Of a stretch of 16,970 nt of DNA, positions 15,039-16,970 are shown piece by piece. The stretch is taken from the NCBI GenBank assembly GCA_048885925.1, contig JBHLLG010000058.1, positions 1 to 16,970 on the forward strand. Direction: 5' to 3'. The notes beneath the pieces were generated by a model, which saw only the letters and a program-made list of their open reading frames with translations, did not search any database and was not told the DNA's origin. Source of the stretch: Candidatus Hermodarchaeota archaeon. GTDB taxonomy: Archaea > Asgardarchaeota > Lokiarchaeia > Sigyniarchaeales > SOKP01. Every line of letters begins with the position of its first letter. Positions within the stretch are counted from its first letter, which is position 1. Both the position numbers and the translations under genes were made by a program.

Positions 15039-16007
15039 TTGGAAAAAGATCTAAAGCAGTCTATTCTATATCTTAAAAAAGAACCACCGAAAGAAGTTGC
15101 GGTTTCAAAGATTTTATTCACAGGATTGGACAATGCCGGTAAAACAAGCATTATTATGTCACTACAGAGAGAATTTTCTAAAATTGCGATTTTATCTCCT
15201 ACTCGAGGTGCACAGAAGCGAATATTTGAATTTTTGGGCAAGGAAATAAGTGAATGGGATCTTGGAGGTCAATTAAGTTATAGAATTGCCTATTTGAAAA
15301 ATCCAGGTAAATATTTTGAAGGAACAGAAGTAGCAATTTATGTTATTGATGTTCAAAACAAACCTAGAATTCCTGAAGCAATAAGTTATTTCAAGGATGT
15401 AATAGAACAGTTCAAGAAGTTAGAGATTGAACCTCCAATTTATGTATTTTTACATAAATATGATCCAGCTCTAAGAAGAAGCGCTCAAAATGAATTGAAA
15501 GCCTTCGTAATAGATCTAAAAGATAAATTAAGAGCGACTGAATATAAAGAATTGTTTTATTATGAAACGTCTATTTATGATTTTTCTTCTCTCATAACAG
15601 CTATGTCTGAAATTCTCTTAAGTCTTTATCCTAAATCAGAGTTGATAGAAAAGACGATTATAGAGTTTGCAAAGAAAGTTAATTCTGAAGGAGTCGTAGT
15701 AATTGATGACAATTCGCTAATAATTGGCTCTTATTATAAAGATGATGAAACTAGGCACCTTCTGACTGCCAGCATGCCTTACTTTTTAACTCTTCATGAT
15801 CACATGCAATTCACAGGTGTAATGGAAGAGAAATATGAGGATAAGATGATTGTTCAAAAATTCGGAAAGAACTTCATATTTAAACAAATAATGCTCAAAA
15901 AGGATGCAGTACCTTATTATTTATTACTACTTAAGGAAGAGCCAGTGTTTCGAAAAGAAGATCTTGAATCTTTTGCAAATTTGTTAAGAGAAATTCTCTA
16001 TAAGTAA
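15039..16007 (+). CDS. Rag/Gtr-like (Arf-related) small GTPase with C-terminal roadblock domain
   Basis: G1 GLDNAGKT, G2 SPTRG, G3 WDLGGQ, G4 LHKYD, G5 ETSIYD, followed by ~125 aa with a roadblock pattern (IEFAKKVNSEGVVVIDDNSLIIGS). HKxD, TSIYD and a C-terminal roadblock are hallmarks of Rag GTPases. Confidence 0.9.
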   Translation: MEKDLKQSILYLKKEPPKEVAVSKILFTGLDNAGKTSIIMSLQREFSKIAILSPTRGAQKRIFEFLGKEISEWDLGGQLSYRIAYLKNPGKYFEGTEVAIYVIDVQNKPRIPEAISYFKDVIEQFKKLEIEPPIYVFLHKYDPALRRSAQNELKAFVIDLKDKLRATEYKELFYYETSIYDFSSLITAMSEILLSLYPKSELIEKTIIEFAKKVNSEGVVVIDDNSLIIGSYYKDDETRHLLTASMPYFLTLHDHMQFTGVMEEKYEDKMIVQKFGKNFIFKQIMLKKDAVPYYLLLLKEEPVFRKEDLESFANLLREILYK

Positions 16008-16194
16008 ACAATTTCGAGTAATTTTAATTGGGTTTTAAAAATATTATACCTTTCTTTTATTAGTACCAACATTAATAAAAATAGATTTTTATTTATATTG
16101 TATACAAAAAGAACTAAAAATTTATCTTTAAATCAAAATATCCTATTAAATTTATTAGCTGAAAGATTTACGATTTAAAAATATAAAAAAAATT

Positions 16195-16970
16195 ATGATT
16201 ATATGCAGTAATTGTGGTGCAACTAATAATGAAACCACGACTCATATTTGTAGAAAGTGTGGGGCTTTACTACCTTTACCATCTAAAACTACACGAATAA
16301 GAAGTTCGAGAGTCGGTAAAGAAAAGAAGAAAAAGCAGAGTTCAATAGAAGAGCCAGTTAAACCTTCTCCTGATAAGCAACAAAAAGAAAGGAAAGAACT
16401 AGAATTACAGGAGATTCCAAAAGATACAGAATTAAAAAATGGGGTTAAGTTACATAAAATTCCCGATCCCTCAACTGGAGATGTTGTTGGAGAACCTTCT
16501 AAAAATGCGAATGAGGTACAAAAAAAAAGAAGGTTAGAAGTTCTTCAAGAGATCACACCTCAACCATATCAAGGTTCTAGAGTCTTTCCCTCTCCACCTC
16601 CCAGAACGAATATTGCTATTAAAGATGCTTTAAGTGAACTTAAAAGTTCGATATCTAACGATCTAGCTAAAAAGCAAGAAATTTCATCAGTATCAATTAC
16701 AGCAGAAGTTCAAAAAAGTGATAGTTCAAGGGCAAAGCAGGAAAGATTAGAAAAAGATATGACAGAAGTACTTAGTTTTCTTTCAAAAAAAATATCTGTA
16801 AAAAAATTAGAAATTCCAAAAGCTAAAACTGTACAAAAAAAAGAACCAAAAGAAACAATTCCTCCCTCCAGTATAAATGAAATTTTGAAACGTTTACTCA
16901 CATTAGACTTAAATATTGAAGCATCAGCTATTATAAAAACAGATGGTACCATTTTGGCATCAGCAATATC
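16195..16970 (+). CDS. Zinc-ribbon, long low-complexity linker and roadblock/LC7 domain protein (3' end truncated by window edge)
   Basis: Not in the ORF track. Open from ATG 16195 to the edge (258 codons): MIICSNCGATNNETTTHICRKCGALLP, a K/E/P/S-rich linker, then SINEILKRLLTLDLNIEASAIIKTDGTILASAI, a typical roadblock alpha1-beta1-beta2 start. Confidence 0.88.
   Translation, partial: MIICSNCGATNNETTTHICRKCGALLPLPSKTTRIRSSRVGKEKKKKQSSIEEPVKPSPDKQQKERKELELQEIPKDTELKNGVKLHKIPDPSTGDVVGEPSKNANEVQKKRRLEVLQEITPQPYQGSRVFPSPPPRTNIAIKDALSELKSSISNDLAKKQEISSVSITAEVQKSDSSRAKQERLEKDMTEVLSFLSKKISVKKLEIPKAKTVQKKEPKETIPPSSINEILKRLLTLDLNIEASAIIKTDGTILASAI

Noticed and set aside
13392-16952. Minus-strand ORFs 13392..13655, 15035..15241 and 16710..16952
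   Set aside because: Antisense shadows of the LOG-family, Rag-like and roadblock genes.

Overview
AT-rich archaeal window, very probably from an Asgard archaeon of the Lokiarchaeia type (inferred from three Ras-superfamily GTPases fused to longin or roadblock domains, plus a TBP, an archaeosortase-family protein, a stand-alone MtrH and an intron-containing tRNA). Left arm, all minus strand: TBP, YkgJ-type Cys-cluster protein, macrodomain protein, an extended PEP synthase, UPF0147 protein, tRNA-Pro(CGG) with a 30-nt non-canonical intron, a 7-TM membrane protein, and a longin-like/Rab-like GTPase fusion that runs off the left edge and is absent from the ORF track. Right arm: small 2-TM protein plus archaeosortase, MtrH-like methyltransferase, a longin-like/Rag-Arf-like GTPase/roadblock triple fusion, an AIR-synthase-like protein, an E/K/R/A repeat protein with a zinc finger, a LOG-family protein, a transglutaminase-like pseudogene, a Rag-like GTPase-roadblock protein, and a Zn-ribbon/disordered/roadblock protein that runs off the right edge (also absent from the ORF track). 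The most interesting signal is a possible archaeal parts set resembling the eukaryotic Rag-Ragulator-FLCN/GATOR1 module, including an FLCN/SMCR8-like KD-x3-RG arginine-finger motif fused in cis to a Rab-like GTPase. All homology calls are by-eye motif recognition; no searches were run.
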